Assembly (NCBI GenBank): GCA_045648665.1 | Contig: JAZROL010000017.1 | Location: 4,616 to 68,615 of the forward strand | Reading direction: 5' to 3' | Source of the DNA: Candidatus Enterousia sp. | Lineage (GTDB): Bacteria; Pseudomonadota; Alphaproteobacteria; Rs-D84 | DNA: 64,000 nt | In this document: piece by piece, positions 47,435 to 57,590 of the stretch | Layout: each line of letters begins with the position of its first letter | Position numbering within the stretch: position 1 is the stretch's first letter | Notes under the pieces: generated by a model | The model's database searches: none | What the model was told of the DNA's origin: nothing | The model's input: only the letters and a program-made list of their open reading frames with translations | Position numbers and translations under genes: made by a program

Positions 47435-50278
47435 TTAATGAACGCTGACACTTCTAGCCACATCTATCAGGAAGTCCGCACTGTTACCTATCGTCTTCGC
47501 TGCATCTTTTAGGGATTTCTCACTGTTACCTAATAAATCACGTTCACGATTGTATTTAGGCATAGCAACAGTACGGCTGCCATCTTCTACACCTTTTTCA
47601 TCCCAATGCCAACAGCACCCAGTAAGCATATAATCACAAACATGTTTTTTTCTGGTAATCGTACAGGTATATGTTGCAGGATCATACGCAGCAGTTGAAA
47701 ACCAATGCGCAGAGTCTCTCGCGGATCCCACACAACCCGTGCGGAAAAATCCTGTACCTTGTGTAGATGAAAACCCATCAATATCATTGTTTGCTATAGC
47801 AAGCTTCTCACAATAGTCTTTATTTAGTTCATGTTTTTTCTCTGCAACCACACCCTCTATTGATGCTAAACGTTCTGCGACTTTGGCGTAAAGAGCTTCA
47901 ATCTCTGCATCTTTTGCTCTTTCTGCTTTGATATATTGTTCACGCATAACACCCAAAGTTTTTGAAACTAATATATTAGTATACTGTTCCAACAATTCTG
48001 GATATCTTGTACCTCTTGAATCAATATCGTCTCCGTCCGCACCAATATCATACGAGTTTTTTCCACCCCTTGTTGCACTTATACCTTGAATTTTTTTCCC
48101 GTTAAGACATGCACTTACTGTCGCGTCAGATTTCAATATAGCAATCTTTGTGTTTAAAAGATTTGTAAGACCATCTCTTATAGATTCAACACCTGAATCA
48201 TCCGCCTCTGCAAATCCAGCATTTGCTGGGTTGTTTGTCGAAGAGTATTCAAACTTACCCTTATTATACATTACATTGTTAACATTTATACGATTTAACA
48301 AACGAGGTCTGACATTACCCGCTATTATATCCGCTGCTTTAAATGCGTCCGCGGAATTATAACAATTTCCATCTGTTTCGTCTTCTCCATCCAGGCATAA
48401 TTTAACATCCAACAAACCATCAAATGATATATTTCCTAAATCAAGACCTTCACATGTTTCTTCGTCACCACACAACTTAATCATTGCGGTTTTAGCAGCT
48501 TTTTGACATGTTTCCGCTAATTTAGAATCTATCTTTAATGCGTAACCCTGGGCAACCTGGGCTATATATTCACGAACATCTTGATTTTGGCCACCGGCAC
48601 CACGCCCATAACGGTCTTGACATGCCGTCAATTTTTCTTCGGCACACAAATCGACAATCGTATCTGTTGATAAACCAACACACATAGCATAATCTTCGCC
48701 ACAAATGCCTTCTATGCACTGCGTCACTTCTTTTGTACATGCATCAACACGCAAAGCCGACAACATAGCGGTAACACCCTGCCATAATCTGGATTTTTTA
48801 AATCCAGCATCAGATGTTGATTGCCCACCGGTTGCAACTATACATGGATCTAACTTTACTTTACAAGAATCGCGTAATAACCAAGGATCCGCCAAACACA
48901 TATCATAATTTTTCGCGTCGCTGTTTGGGTCAAAACTGGTTGCACAACGTTCTTTGAAACAAGTTGCTACTTCGGAAATACAATTTTTACGCAAATCATC
49001 TTCTGCATTCAATTCCGCACTTTTTAATGCAGGCGCCGCATCACGCAAGAACAAATCCCAAATAGTATCTTTGTATTTCACACAATGTGATAAAACATCA
49101 TCGTCACAATAAACCTTCTTTGCGTTTAATTGATTCATTGTTGACCCGGCCAAAACAATATCAACAACCCCAGAAATAGTTCTGGCTTTCTCAGATTGCT
49201 TTGCTTTTCTTGATGTTTTAGCATTTGATGCATCCGCAGCAGTTTGGATATTTTCTTCGGCCGAAAACTGTACACATCCCGAATAATCCGCACCGCATCC
49301 GGCTGTAGTTTGCATACACTGTGTATATCGGGTTAAACATTGCCCCTGGTTATATTTATTTGCATCCTGAAATTGTTCAAGCGCAGCATCACGCAATGCT
49401 TTTTCCGCGGTTTGTAATTTTTGTGCACTGGCATTTTTTTGCTGCTTCAAACTGTTTTCATACGCAGTACAATCAGATTTAATTTTTTGCTTATATATCA
49501 ATTGCAACATAGATGCTGATTCCTGACATTGTTCCGGGATTTGTGCAGCACACATTTTAGAAGCACTAGCATGTAACGCATCGCCTTTTTTATCTAAAAC
49601 CACAGAACTAGCCACATCAAAAATATCTTCTTCATCATCTTCGAACATAGCATCGTTATTCCATAAATCCAAATTCAATGTTCTGGATGTTTTCCCGTTT
49701 TCTGCCTCGGCAGTTTTACTATTGACAACGGCATCCGCTGCCGCTTTTGCGCGCGCCATAATCTCGTCCGCATTTTCACCCATTTTCAAACGTTCGACAC
49801 CTTCGGTTGCCATAGCATAACTTTGTTCATCCAATTTCATAATCTCTTCTAGAATAGAATCAAATTCAGCATTTTTATTACTGCATTGGCAACGACCACC
49901 CGACGTGTTATCCAACATACAGAAAGAATCCATACATCCAAAATAAGCATCCTGGCATTCCTGATCAACAACAGTATTTGTTGTCGCAGACTGCACTTTT
50001 GTCCCAGCATTGATTACCTTTTGTTTAGTCCCAGCACGCGCAGCAATCGGTCTTGTCGCGGCACGCGCAGTCGCAGGTGCAATCCCAGATGTATTTTTTA
50101 CACCGACATTACGTGCAGCACGTGCAGTTTGCGCTTTCGGTGCAGCCGCTTCCTTTTGTTCAACAGATTGTTCCTGTGAAACAAGGCCACGCGCACTTCT
50201 GCGTTGTGTCGCAGCAAACGCCCCAAAATCAGCCAAAACCAATGAAACAAACAATGGCAAAATTAATAATTTGCGCAT
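47435..50278 (-). CDS. Cys-rich secreted protein, CMDxFC family paralog P6 (947 aa)
   Basis: AAGGAG RBS, signal peptide MRKLLILPLFVSLVLADFGAFA, CQDAYFGCMDSFCMLDNTSGGRCQCSNK and the downstream family motifs. Confidence 0.88.
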   Translation of the reverse strand: MRKLLILPLFVSLVLADFGAFAATQRRSARGLVSQEQSVEQKEAAAPKAQTARAARNVGVKNTSGIAPATARAATRPIAARAGTKQKVINAGTKVQSATTNTVVDQECQDAYFGCMDSFCMLDNTSGGRCQCSNKNAEFDSILEEIMKLDEQSYAMATEGVERLKMGENADEIMARAKAAADAVVNSKTAEAENGKTSRTLNLDLWNNDAMFEDDEEDIFDVASSVVLDKKGDALHASASKMCAAQIPEQCQESASMLQLIYKQKIKSDCTAYENSLKQQKNASAQKLQTAEKALRDAALEQFQDANKYNQGQCLTRYTQCMQTTAGCGADYSGCVQFSAEENIQTAADASNAKTSRKAKQSEKARTISGVVDIVLAGSTMNQLNAKKVYCDDDVLSHCVKYKDTIWDLFLRDAAPALKSAELNAEDDLRKNCISEVATCFKERCATSFDPNSDAKNYDMCLADPWLLRDSCKVKLDPCIVATGGQSTSDAGFKKSRLWQGVTAMLSALRVDACTKEVTQCIEGICGEDYAMCVGLSTDTIVDLCAEEKLTACQDRYGRGAGGQNQDVREYIAQVAQGYALKIDSKLAETCQKAAKTAMIKLCGDEETCEGLDLGNISFDGLLDVKLCLDGEDETDGNCYNSADAFKAADIIAGNVRPRLLNRINVNNVMYNKGKFEYSSTNNPANAGFAEADDSGVESIRDGLTNLLNTKIAILKSDATVSACLNGKKIQGISATRGGKNSYDIGADGDDIDSRGTRYPELLEQYTNILVSKTLGVMREQYIKAERAKDAEIEALYAKVAERLASIEGVVAEKKHELNKDYCEKLAIANNDIDGFSSTQGTGFFRTGCVGSARDSAHWFSTAAYDPATYTCTITRKKHVCDYMLTGCCWHWDEKGVEDGSRTVAMPKYNRERDLLGNSEKSLKDAAKTIGNSADFLIDVARSVSVH

Positions 50279-50447
50279 AAAAGACTCCTTACCTTATACA
50301 ATTAATTTTATCATAAAGCCCGAACCCGCGCAAGCGCTTTATCATAAAAAAAACTAAAAAATCACAGAATTTTTTCTACAAAAACATTGACAAAAACCAC
50401 AGATTGTATTAAATTATGCAGGCTTGCGCAAAAATTAAGGATAAAAA

Positions 50448-50864
50448 ATGAAAGTTAGAAAAAATACATATGAAATATCGACTCAATTTTTAAATTATGA
50501 ATTGATATGTTTTTTTACATACCAAAAATCTACCCCTTTGCCAATCCTATCCATTAACGGGAACAAAGCTTATATGGAATATTCAGCAATACCAACTATA
50601 TCATTTCCAAATCCTGCAACGTTTGAAATGGTATCTGTATTATGCAATGAATACACTCCAAAAACCAAATTTTCCGCAACCATAGTCGAATATGTAGACA
50701 ATTGCAATCAACCAATTTTATATTTATTTCCGGACGGTACAATTTTCGAAAAAACTGAAAATGCATCCAAGAAAATGAACAATCTTATGCGACGCGATTT
50801 GATATATCAACAAAGATTGCGTCAAAATATGCTTAAAGAAGCAAAACAAAAATATCGCAGATAA
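50448..50864 (+). CDS. hypothetical protein (138 aa)
   Basis: ORF followed by a terminator. No motif recognised. Confidence 0.4.
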   Translation: MKVRKNTYEISTQFLNYELICFFTYQKSTPLPILSINGNKAYMEYSAIPTISFPNPATFEMVSVLCNEYTPKTKFSATIVEYVDNCNQPILYLFPDGTIFEKTENASKKMNNLMRRDLIYQQRLRQNMLKEAKQKYRR

Positions 50865-50869
50865 AAAAC

Positions 50870-50890
50870 AAACGTCCAAAACGGACGTTT
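50870..50890. terminator. bidirectional terminator (end of alpha operon / 50448 gene)
   Basis: AAACGTCC aaaa CGGACGTTT flanked by A and T runs. Confidence 0.7.
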
Positions 50891-50912
50891 ATTTTTTTGA
50901 AAGAAAAATTTA

Positions 50913-51467
50913 TTATTTTCCTGTTGCGCGACGTTTAACAGCCACAGTCTTTTTTGCAGCAGTCGCTTTTGGTGCAGCCGCTTTCTTTTCAACAGACGCA
51001 GCCTTTTTCGCCTTTGGCGCAGCAGTTTTTTTAACTTCTTCTTTTACAGTTGGTTCTTCGACTGGTGCAGCAACAGATTTTGGTGCAACTTTTTTTGCAT
51101 TTTCATCTCTGTCAACCAATTCGATAATCGCCATAGGCGCAGCATCACCATAACGGAAACCCGCTTTCAAAACACGAGTATAACCGCCAGGACGTTTTGC
51201 ATAACGAGGTCCCAACACAGCAAACAATTTTTTCACTGTTTTTTCGCAACCGTTGCCCAATTCAGATGCAGTCAAACGACGATTTGCAACTGTATCGACT
51301 TTCGCACGGGTAATCAATTTTTCGACTACACTGCGTAAATCTTTTGCTTTTGGCAAAGTTGTTTTAATTTGTTCTTTTTCAATCAAATTTTTCGCCAAAC
51401 CAATAAACAAGGCTTTGCGAGCATTAGTGTCGCGATTGAAAGTACGACCTGCTTTCATATGTCTCAT
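50913..51467 (-). CDS. rplQ: 50S ribosomal protein L17 with Ala/Lys/Pro-rich C-terminal extension
   Basis: [21 protein letters not shown]...[10 protein letters not shown]...; ~45 extra residues rich in A/K/P. Confidence 0.93.
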   Translation of the reverse strand: MRHMKAGRTFNRDTNARKALFIGLAKNLIEKEQIKTTLPKAKDLRSVVEKLITRAKVDTVANRRLTASELGNGCEKTVKKLFAVLGPRYAKRPGGYTRVLKAGFRYGDAAPMAIIELVDRDENAKKVAPKSVAAPVEEPTVKEEVKKTAAPKAKKAASVEKKAAAPKATAAKKTVAVKRRATGK

Positions 51468-51679
51468 TGATTACTCCTTTTGTTTCTGCCCCACGCGGGG
51501 ATTTAACGAGACGCGTGCCCCAGAATTAAATTCCAGCAACACGATTTTGAAGATTATACATTTTCTCGTTCTTGGCGAGAAATTAAATTATGTGCAGGGA
51601 TTGGCAGCGATTGACGTTTTGCCGTGTAGTAAACCTACATAAAAAACGGCAATCGCAACAAGCACCCACAGAATTTAAT

Positions 51680-52708
51680 TTATTTGTATGGGTCTTCGTA
51701 TTTTTTAGCCAATTCCGCAACATTTTCTGGTGGCCATCCTGGAACTTCCATTCCAAGGGACAATCCCATTGCTTCCAATTGGACCTTGATTTCATTCAAA
51801 GATTTACGGCCGAAATTAGGTGTTTTCAACATATCATTTTCTGTTTTTTGCACCAATTCGCCCAACCAATTGATTTTGTCGTTTTTCAGACAGTTTGTTG
51901 CACGAACCGACAATTCTAATTCATCAACATGTTTCAACAATTTTGGATCGAAAGGCAAAGTATCTTTTGCTTTTTCTTCGTCGGAATCAGCGCTGATTTG
52001 TGTTGGATCTTCGAAATTGATAAATACACTCAGTTGATCCGTCAAAATACGCGCTGCATATGCAATCGCATCTTCTGGGGATACAGAACCATTTGTTTTA
52101 ACAACCAATTCCAATTTGTCATAATCAGTACTTTGTCCCACACGTGTTTGTGAAACATTTGACGCAACGTTCAAAATTGGCGAATAGATAGAATCGACAG
52201 GAATTGTACCCAAAGGCAAATTATTTGCATTCATATTTGCAGGTACATATCCGCGACCAGACGCCAAAGTGATTTCCATATCAAAAACAGCCCCAGCATC
52301 CAAAGTACAAATTTGGGCGTCTTTGTTCATAACTTCGACATTAGAAGACGTTTCAATCATAGCAGCCGTCACAACAGCAGGACCTTTTACTTTAATAGCA
52401 GCCTTGTGTTGTCCTTCGGTCAAAGCTTTGAAATAAACACCTTTTAAATTCAAAATAATATCCGTAATATCTTCACGAACACCAGGCAAAGTTGTGAATT
52501 CATGTTGCACACCGTCAATTTTAACATATATAGGTGCACAGCCTTGTAAAGAAGACAACAACACACGACGCAAAGCCGTACCCAATGTCAACCCAAAGCC
52601 TTTTTCCAAAGGTTCTGCGATTAATGTTGCAATATTAGGATTGTTTTCATCGACTTTGATGCTTAATTTTTTTGGCTTAATCAAAGTCATCCAGTTTTTT
52701 TCGATCAT
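51680..52708 (-). CDS. rpoA: DNA-directed RNA polymerase subunit alpha
   Basis: Canonical N-terminal domain ([22 protein letters not shown]) and C-terminal domain ([12 protein letters not shown]). Confidence 0.97.
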   Translation of the reverse strand: MIEKNWMTLIKPKKLSIKVDENNPNIATLIAEPLEKGFGLTLGTALRRVLLSSLQGCAPIYVKIDGVQHEFTTLPGVREDITDIILNLKGVYFKALTEGQHKAAIKVKGPAVVTAAMIETSSNVEVMNKDAQICTLDAGAVFDMEITLASGRGYVPANMNANNLPLGTIPVDSIYSPILNVASNVSQTRVGQSTDYDKLELVVKTNGSVSPEDAIAYAARILTDQLSVFINFEDPTQISADSDEEKAKDTLPFDPKLLKHVDELELSVRATNCLKNDKINWLGELVQKTENDMLKTPNFGRKSLNEIKVQLEAMGLSLGMEVPGWPPENVAELAKKYEDPYK

Positions 52709-52778
52709 TTTTACACCTTATGGCTTAGTTTATTATTTTCACCATTTTTGCGACATACCTTTCGATACGCGCCTCGCG

Positions 52779-52807
52779 ATTGTAAAAGAAAAAATATCAA
52801 AAGTCAA
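52779..52807 (-). promoter_or_regulatory. sigma70-like promoter upstream of rpoA
   Basis: Minus strand TTGACT, 17-nt spacer, TACAAT, ~70 nt upstream of the rpoA ATG. Confidence 0.5.
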
Positions 52808-52865
52808 ATATTTTAATAAATTCTCCCAATATTAGAAGAGAACCGATATATTGATTTTACAGCCC

Positions 52866-55112
52866 CTAAACAGGACATATATCTCTCTTCAAAGGAGGAA
52901 TTGTCATATTTTGTCTTTCTATATCATTTTGATAAATATTTATTTTCGTTGGCCACTCAAAACATGTATTTTCATCGATGCAATACTTAGCCACAGTTGG
53001 AACACATTCATCACAACCTTTGGCCCCCTTGTTCACAGTAGTTGTTCCGTCTGGACAAGAATGACACTTTCCTTCATCATCGTTGATGCAATAGTAATTA
53101 CCATCTTTTGTACCATCAGACGCGGGTCTTGTTCCAGTTGAATAAGTCCCCCTATTACATTGATACTGCTTTGCAATAACCCTTTCTCCAACTGTTTCTT
53201 TTATACAACAAGCCCCAGGTGGACAAGTCGTGCATTGTTCTTTGCCCGGACCGAAAGAAAATGTTCCCTCGGCACATGGTTGACATAAAGCATTATGAGT
53301 ATCATTACCACTGCGGTATGTTCCGTCCGGACATTTTTCACAAGATCCTCTTGAATCGGATTGAACCCAACCGTACCCTCCATCACACAACTTTGCACAG
53401 TATTCGCGTTTTTCACCTTTTTCTATCACATAAATAGAATCAGCTGAACATGGCAAGACACATCTTATAAACTCTGTCCTTTCACCATCGTCACCCCAAG
53501 TATACAATGCTACCTTGTCACGCGGACACGATTTACAACTAGTTGCGCCGGGTTCTTCTGTATATTTTGTGTCACCGCATTCAATACATTTTCCGTCACT
53601 TGCATATGTTCCAATTGGACATATATAACAACCGTCCTGTGTATCATTTACAATCGACCCAACAGGACAATTTGTACAAGTACCATCGCTATCCCTATAT
53701 TGATTCAAACCACACAGATTTGGCGTACAAGCACCCGGACCCACGGCACCAACTTCTGGATTATAGGTACCATTACCACAACGTTCACAAACAGGAATAC
53801 CATCTTCATTAATTTTCCCGTATGTATTCACAGGACATGCCGTACACGCAACCACAGGGAAAGTTTCTTTTATAACATATAGAGGTTTTTCACTACAATC
53901 TGTCACATTAGGATTACAAAGATTTGTGCACTTTTGTACTTCACAATTATCCGAGCTTGTCGATGAATTAGAAAAACAATGGCTTCTAACAAGGTCCAAC
54001 TCAGACCACCAAGAATCAAAATCATCAGAAGATTTACCATCACTACTACCTTCTGTTTCATTGCCACAATCTTGTTGTGAATTCGGATCACAAAATTCTT
54101 TGGATTTCACACCACCATTTGAATATGTTCCCACCTGACAACGAAACGCGTTACCACCCACACAATAATGCCCTTCCGGACAAGGTTGTTTTGACCGTTC
54201 TTTTCCAGGCTCTTCACACCAATAACCACTTGGGCATTGTTTACATTGGGCCCAACCCTCTTCTGAATATTCACCTTCACCGCATGGTGTACAATTTCCT
54301 ATGCCTGTATACGATTTTTCTGTTCCCGCAGGACACTTCGTTCCTATCCCTTTATTATCACAGGTATAACCGGCGGGGCAATCATACCGCCCCTGTTCCA
54401 GTCTATTTGTGTGTGGAACCTCAAAACACCCACCGGGACAATAATATGCACCATTACCACCACAAGGTCTACTTTCCGGACGCTCATCTGTGGTCATAGC
54501 AACAAAATACCCAGGCGCACAATAAAATGGAAAATATTGTTTTTCGCCTTTTTCATTATTTGTATAACAATCGTATTGCAGCCATGTTCCCACCTCAGAA
54601 TTCGGGTACTGAGCAGGACATCTGTAAATACCAGCATCATCTGATGTTCCACATAGACCTTCACCTGTGTTTACTGTACAAATATCATTTACATCACAAT
54701 CCTCCCCCCAATAATTCTCATGATAGTAGTTTACCTTTTTTCCGTCTTTACAATTTCTTCTATAAGAATAAGTGTTATCTTTGTTCTTTTTTAGGGTATA
54801 TATAGGAGTTTCTTTTTTATCATAACCTTCAGTATTACAACCTATAAACCACTCACATGGAGAACCATATGCACACCAATTTTCGACATCATTTTTATAA
54901 ATCTCATCTTGGTCATTTCCATGTTTATCCAACGCACCATCATCACCTGGGGCACCTTTACACCAACACCCTTTGGGACAATCAGGGGTTTGATTTGTTA
55001 AACAATATTGCCTTGGGCCAGAACTATAACATTCCCCAATTCCCATTGCAGAATTGTACACGCAAAACAAACAAATAAAAACACTTAAAAATGCCAATCG
55101 CAAAAATTTCAT
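52866..55112 (-). CDS. secreted protein made of eukaryote-like CxxCPxGxY cysteine repeats (748 aa)
   Basis: Start at MKFLRLAFLSVFICLF (AAGGAG RBS). Repeats such as CTPCGEGEYSEEGWAQCKQCPSGYWC, CTACPVNTYGK...CERCGNGTYNP, CTNCPVGS...CYICPIGTYASDGKCIECGDTKY, CEKCPDGTYRSG...CQPCAEGTF, CHSCPDGTT. Confidence 0.85.
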   Translation of the reverse strand: MKFLRLAFLSVFICLFCVYNSAMGIGECYSSGPRQYCLTNQTPDCPKGCWCKGAPGDDGALDKHGNDQDEIYKNDVENWCAYGSPCEWFIGCNTEGYDKKETPIYTLKKNKDNTYSYRRNCKDGKKVNYYHENYWGEDCDVNDICTVNTGEGLCGTSDDAGIYRCPAQYPNSEVGTWLQYDCYTNNEKGEKQYFPFYCAPGYFVAMTTDERPESRPCGGNGAYYCPGGCFEVPHTNRLEQGRYDCPAGYTCDNKGIGTKCPAGTEKSYTGIGNCTPCGEGEYSEEGWAQCKQCPSGYWCEEPGKERSKQPCPEGHYCVGGNAFRCQVGTYSNGGVKSKEFCDPNSQQDCGNETEGSSDGKSSDDFDSWWSELDLVRSHCFSNSSTSSDNCEVQKCTNLCNPNVTDCSEKPLYVIKETFPVVACTACPVNTYGKINEDGIPVCERCGNGTYNPEVGAVGPGACTPNLCGLNQYRDSDGTCTNCPVGSIVNDTQDGCYICPIGTYASDGKCIECGDTKYTEEPGATSCKSCPRDKVALYTWGDDGERTEFIRCVLPCSADSIYVIEKGEKREYCAKLCDGGYGWVQSDSRGSCEKCPDGTYRSGNDTHNALCQPCAEGTFSFGPGKEQCTTCPPGACCIKETVGERVIAKQYQCNRGTYSTGTRPASDGTKDGNYYCINDDEGKCHSCPDGTTTVNKGAKGCDECVPTVAKYCIDENTCFEWPTKINIYQNDIERQNMTIPPLKRDICPV

Positions 55113-55143
55113 TAAAAATCCAATCTCCTTTCTAACGAAATCA

Positions 55144-55172
55144 ATTATAATGTGTTTAATATTTTCGCGCAA
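55144..55172 (-). promoter_or_regulatory. sigma70-like promoter for the inserted Cys-repeat gene
   Basis: Minus strand TTGCGC, 17-nt spacer, TATAAT, 32 nt upstream of the ATG. Confidence 0.55.
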
Positions 55173-55182
55173 GGTAAAAAAC

Positions 55183-55208
55183 AAAAAAACACCGCATAAA
55201 ATGCGGTG
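55183..55208 (-). terminator. rho-independent terminator directly after rpsK
   Basis: CACCGCAT aaa ATGCGGTG with a 7-nt T-run on the minus strand. Confidence 0.7.
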
Positions 55209-55233
55209 CAATTTTTTGTTCACAAACGCAGTA

Positions 55234-55617
55234 TTACACACGACGGACTTTCTTTGGACGGCACCCATTGTGTGGAATACGTGTCGTGTCTGTAATAGAT
55301 TGAACAACCAATCCTGCATTTGCCAAACCACGTACGGCAGATTCACGACCCTGGCCAATTCCGCGCATCAAAACATCGATAGTTTGCATACCCATTTCGG
55401 CAACTTTTTTGCCAACCGCATCTGCAACAACTGTTGCAGCGTACGGGGTAGATTTTTTCGCGCCTTTGAAATTATTAGCCCCAGCGGTTGCCCATGTCAA
55501 AACAGCACCCGTTTGGTCTGTGATTGTAATACGTGTATTGTTATTAGTAGCGACCACATGTGCAATACCATGTGATACTTTTTTAATTACTTTCTTTTTT
55601 GATTTTGTAACTGCCAT
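55234..55617 (-). CDS. rpsK: 30S ribosomal protein S11
   Basis: GIAHVVATNNNTRITITD...; conserved S11 sequence. Confidence 0.97.
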   Translation of the reverse strand: MAVTKSKKKVIKKVSHGIAHVVATNNNTRITITDQTGAVLTWATAGANNFKGAKKSTPYAATVVADAVGKKVAEMGMQTIDVLMRGIGQGRESAVRGLANAGLVVQSITDTTRIPHNGCRPKKVRRV

Positions 55618-55683
55618 TTGTTTTTCCTTAATTTAAGATGTCTTCAATTAACTATAGTGTTAATCTCTACCCTATTTTAATTT

Positions 55684-56061
55684 TTATTTACCCTTGGTTG
55701 CGGATCCTGCAACAACAACGCGTTTTCCTTTGCGGGTACGTGCGTTTGTTTGTGTGCGTTGACCACGAACCGGTAAACGGTTACGGTGACGAATTCCGCG
55801 ATAAGTTTTCAAATCTTGCAAACGTTTAATATTCATTGCAACTTCGCGACGAACATCACCTTCTACTTTGAAATTTTGTTCAATATAATTTGAAATTTTG
55901 ATAACATCCTCGTCCGTTAAATCTTTTGCACGCAGACCGTCTTTCAATTTCAATGCAGAACAAATCTGTGCCGATTTAGCCGGGCCAATACCATGAATGT
56001 ATTGCAACGCAACTTCTATGCGTTTTTCACTTGGAATGTTAACACCTGCTATACGTGCCAT
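55684..56061 (-). CDS. rpsM: 30S ribosomal protein S13
   Basis: [26 protein letters not shown]. Confidence 0.97.
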   Translation of the reverse strand: MARIAGVNIPSEKRIEVALQYIHGIGPAKSAQICSALKLKDGLRAKDLTDEDVIKISNYIEQNFKVEGDVRREVAMNIKRLQDLKTYRGIRHRNRLPVRGQRTQTNARTRKGKRVVVAGSATKGK

Positions 56062-56217
56062 CTTTTATTTTCCTTTTGTTTTATTATCTTTGGAATGTTG
56101 CCATTCCGCCCTGCACTCGTAAAAATCCACACGTTTTTTCGAATGCTTTCGATTTTTGTAATTGGTATTATACACACGCCAAAACAAAAATCAAATCTTG
56201 TTTATTATGTTTCCCAC

Positions 56218-57534
56218 TTATCCGCGGAAACGACCCTTTTGATGTGTCTTTGCTACAACACCGCTGTATTGTTTTTCAACCAAATAAGATTTTACCTGGT
56301 TCATAGTATCCAAAACAACGCCCGCCACGATTAAAACACTGGTTCCACCAATCATCAAAGGCATACCTGCGCGAGTATTCAAAATAATAGGCAAAACGCA
56401 AACTACTATCAAATACACAACACCTATCGCTGTCACTTTGGACACAACATCATCTAAATAATGCATAGTTTGTTCACCCGGACGAACACCCGGTATATAT
56501 CCACCCATGTTTTTCAAATTGTTGCTGGTTTCTTCGGAATTGAATACCACAGCAGTTTGGAAATACGCAAAAAATGCGATTAACACTGTGTACAAAGCCA
56601 TATAAGACCAAGTACCATAGGTAAAGAATCCCAGTATATGTTGCACTGTCAAATTTTCACTTTGCACAAAACGTTGCACAAACGCAGGCAACATCATAAT
56701 TGATGCCGCAAACACAGGCCCCATAACACCGGACATATTTACTTTGATAGGTAAATAAGAAACGTTCGTATTCATAACACCGTTTGCCATTGCCTGACGT
56801 GGATAAAGAATTTGAATACGACGTTGCGCTTGTTCCATAAATGCTATCAACGCAACAATGCCCACTACAAACCCCAATACCAAAGCAATCATTGCAGGCG
56901 ACATTTGGCCAACACCCGCCAATGAAAACAACTTTGCTATACCACCAGGAACTTCCGCGATAATTCCAGCGAAAATCAAAAGCGATGCGCCCTGCCCTAT
57001 GCCACGTGACGTAACCTGTTCGGCCAACCACATAACAAATACAGTTCCGCCAACCAGCGCAATTATCGCAGACAATTCAAACGCAAAACCTGGATTTGCA
57101 ACCGCCGCTATACCATTAACAGGTGCCATTGATTCCAAACCACGAACCACTGCCCAACCCTGGACAACAGCCAATAACACCGCCAAATAACGTGTATATT
57201 GATTGATTTTAATACGCCCAGATTCGCCCTCTTTACGTAAATCAGTCAAAGATTTACTGGTCGCTGTTAATAACTGAATAACGATTGATGCCGAGATATA
57301 TGGGAAAATATTCAAAGCCAAAACCGACATACGTGATAAAGAACCACCGGAAAACATATCAAACATTCCCATCATTCCATTATCGCCATTAAATAAATGC
57401 AAAACAGCACTGGCATTAACACCAGGCAATGGAATAAAAGAACCTATACGATAAACAATCAACGCACCTAATGTGAACAAGATACGTTTTTGTAAATCTG
57501 ACAATTTTCCAAAAATATTTTTAAAAATACTCAT
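56218..57534 (-). CDS. secY: preprotein translocase subunit SecY
   Basis: 10-TM protein with conserved SecY motifs (GSFIPLPGV, IFPYISASI). Confidence 0.97.
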   Translation of the reverse strand: MSIFKNIFGKLSDLQKRILFTLGALIVYRIGSFIPLPGVNASAVLHLFNGDNGMMGMFDMFSGGSLSRMSVLALNIFPYISASIVIQLLTATSKSLTDLRKEGESGRIKINQYTRYLAVLLAVVQGWAVVRGLESMAPVNGIAAVANPGFAFELSAIIALVGGTVFVMWLAEQVTSRGIGQGASLLIFAGIIAEVPGGIAKLFSLAGVGQMSPAMIALVLGFVVGIVALIAFMEQAQRRIQILYPRQAMANGVMNTNVSYLPIKVNMSGVMGPVFAASIMMLPAFVQRFVQSENLTVQHILGFFTYGTWSYMALYTVLIAFFAYFQTAVVFNSEETSNNLKNMGGYIPGVRPGEQTMHYLDDVVSKVTAIGVVYLIVVCVLPIILNTRAGMPLMIGGTSVLIVAGVVLDTMNQVKSYLVEKQYSGVVAKTHQKGRFRG

Positions 57535-57590
57535 GTGGTTTCAACTTTATGTCAAAATGTGCCCGGCAAACCGGACACATTGGTTAATCA

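Noticed and set aside
51468-51679. 211-bp rpoA-rplQ spacer as a distinct feature
   Set aside because: Several short hairpins are visible, but there is no ORF, no clear terminator/promoter pair and no recognisable leader motif. It is mentioned only under the ribosomal-cluster finding.
52866-55358. Full 830-aa version of the Cys-repeat ORF
   Set aside because: The first 82 codons overlap rpsK, its terminator and a good promoter. An internal Met at 55112 has an AAGGAG RBS and starts a clean signal peptide, so the shorter 748-aa CDS was called.
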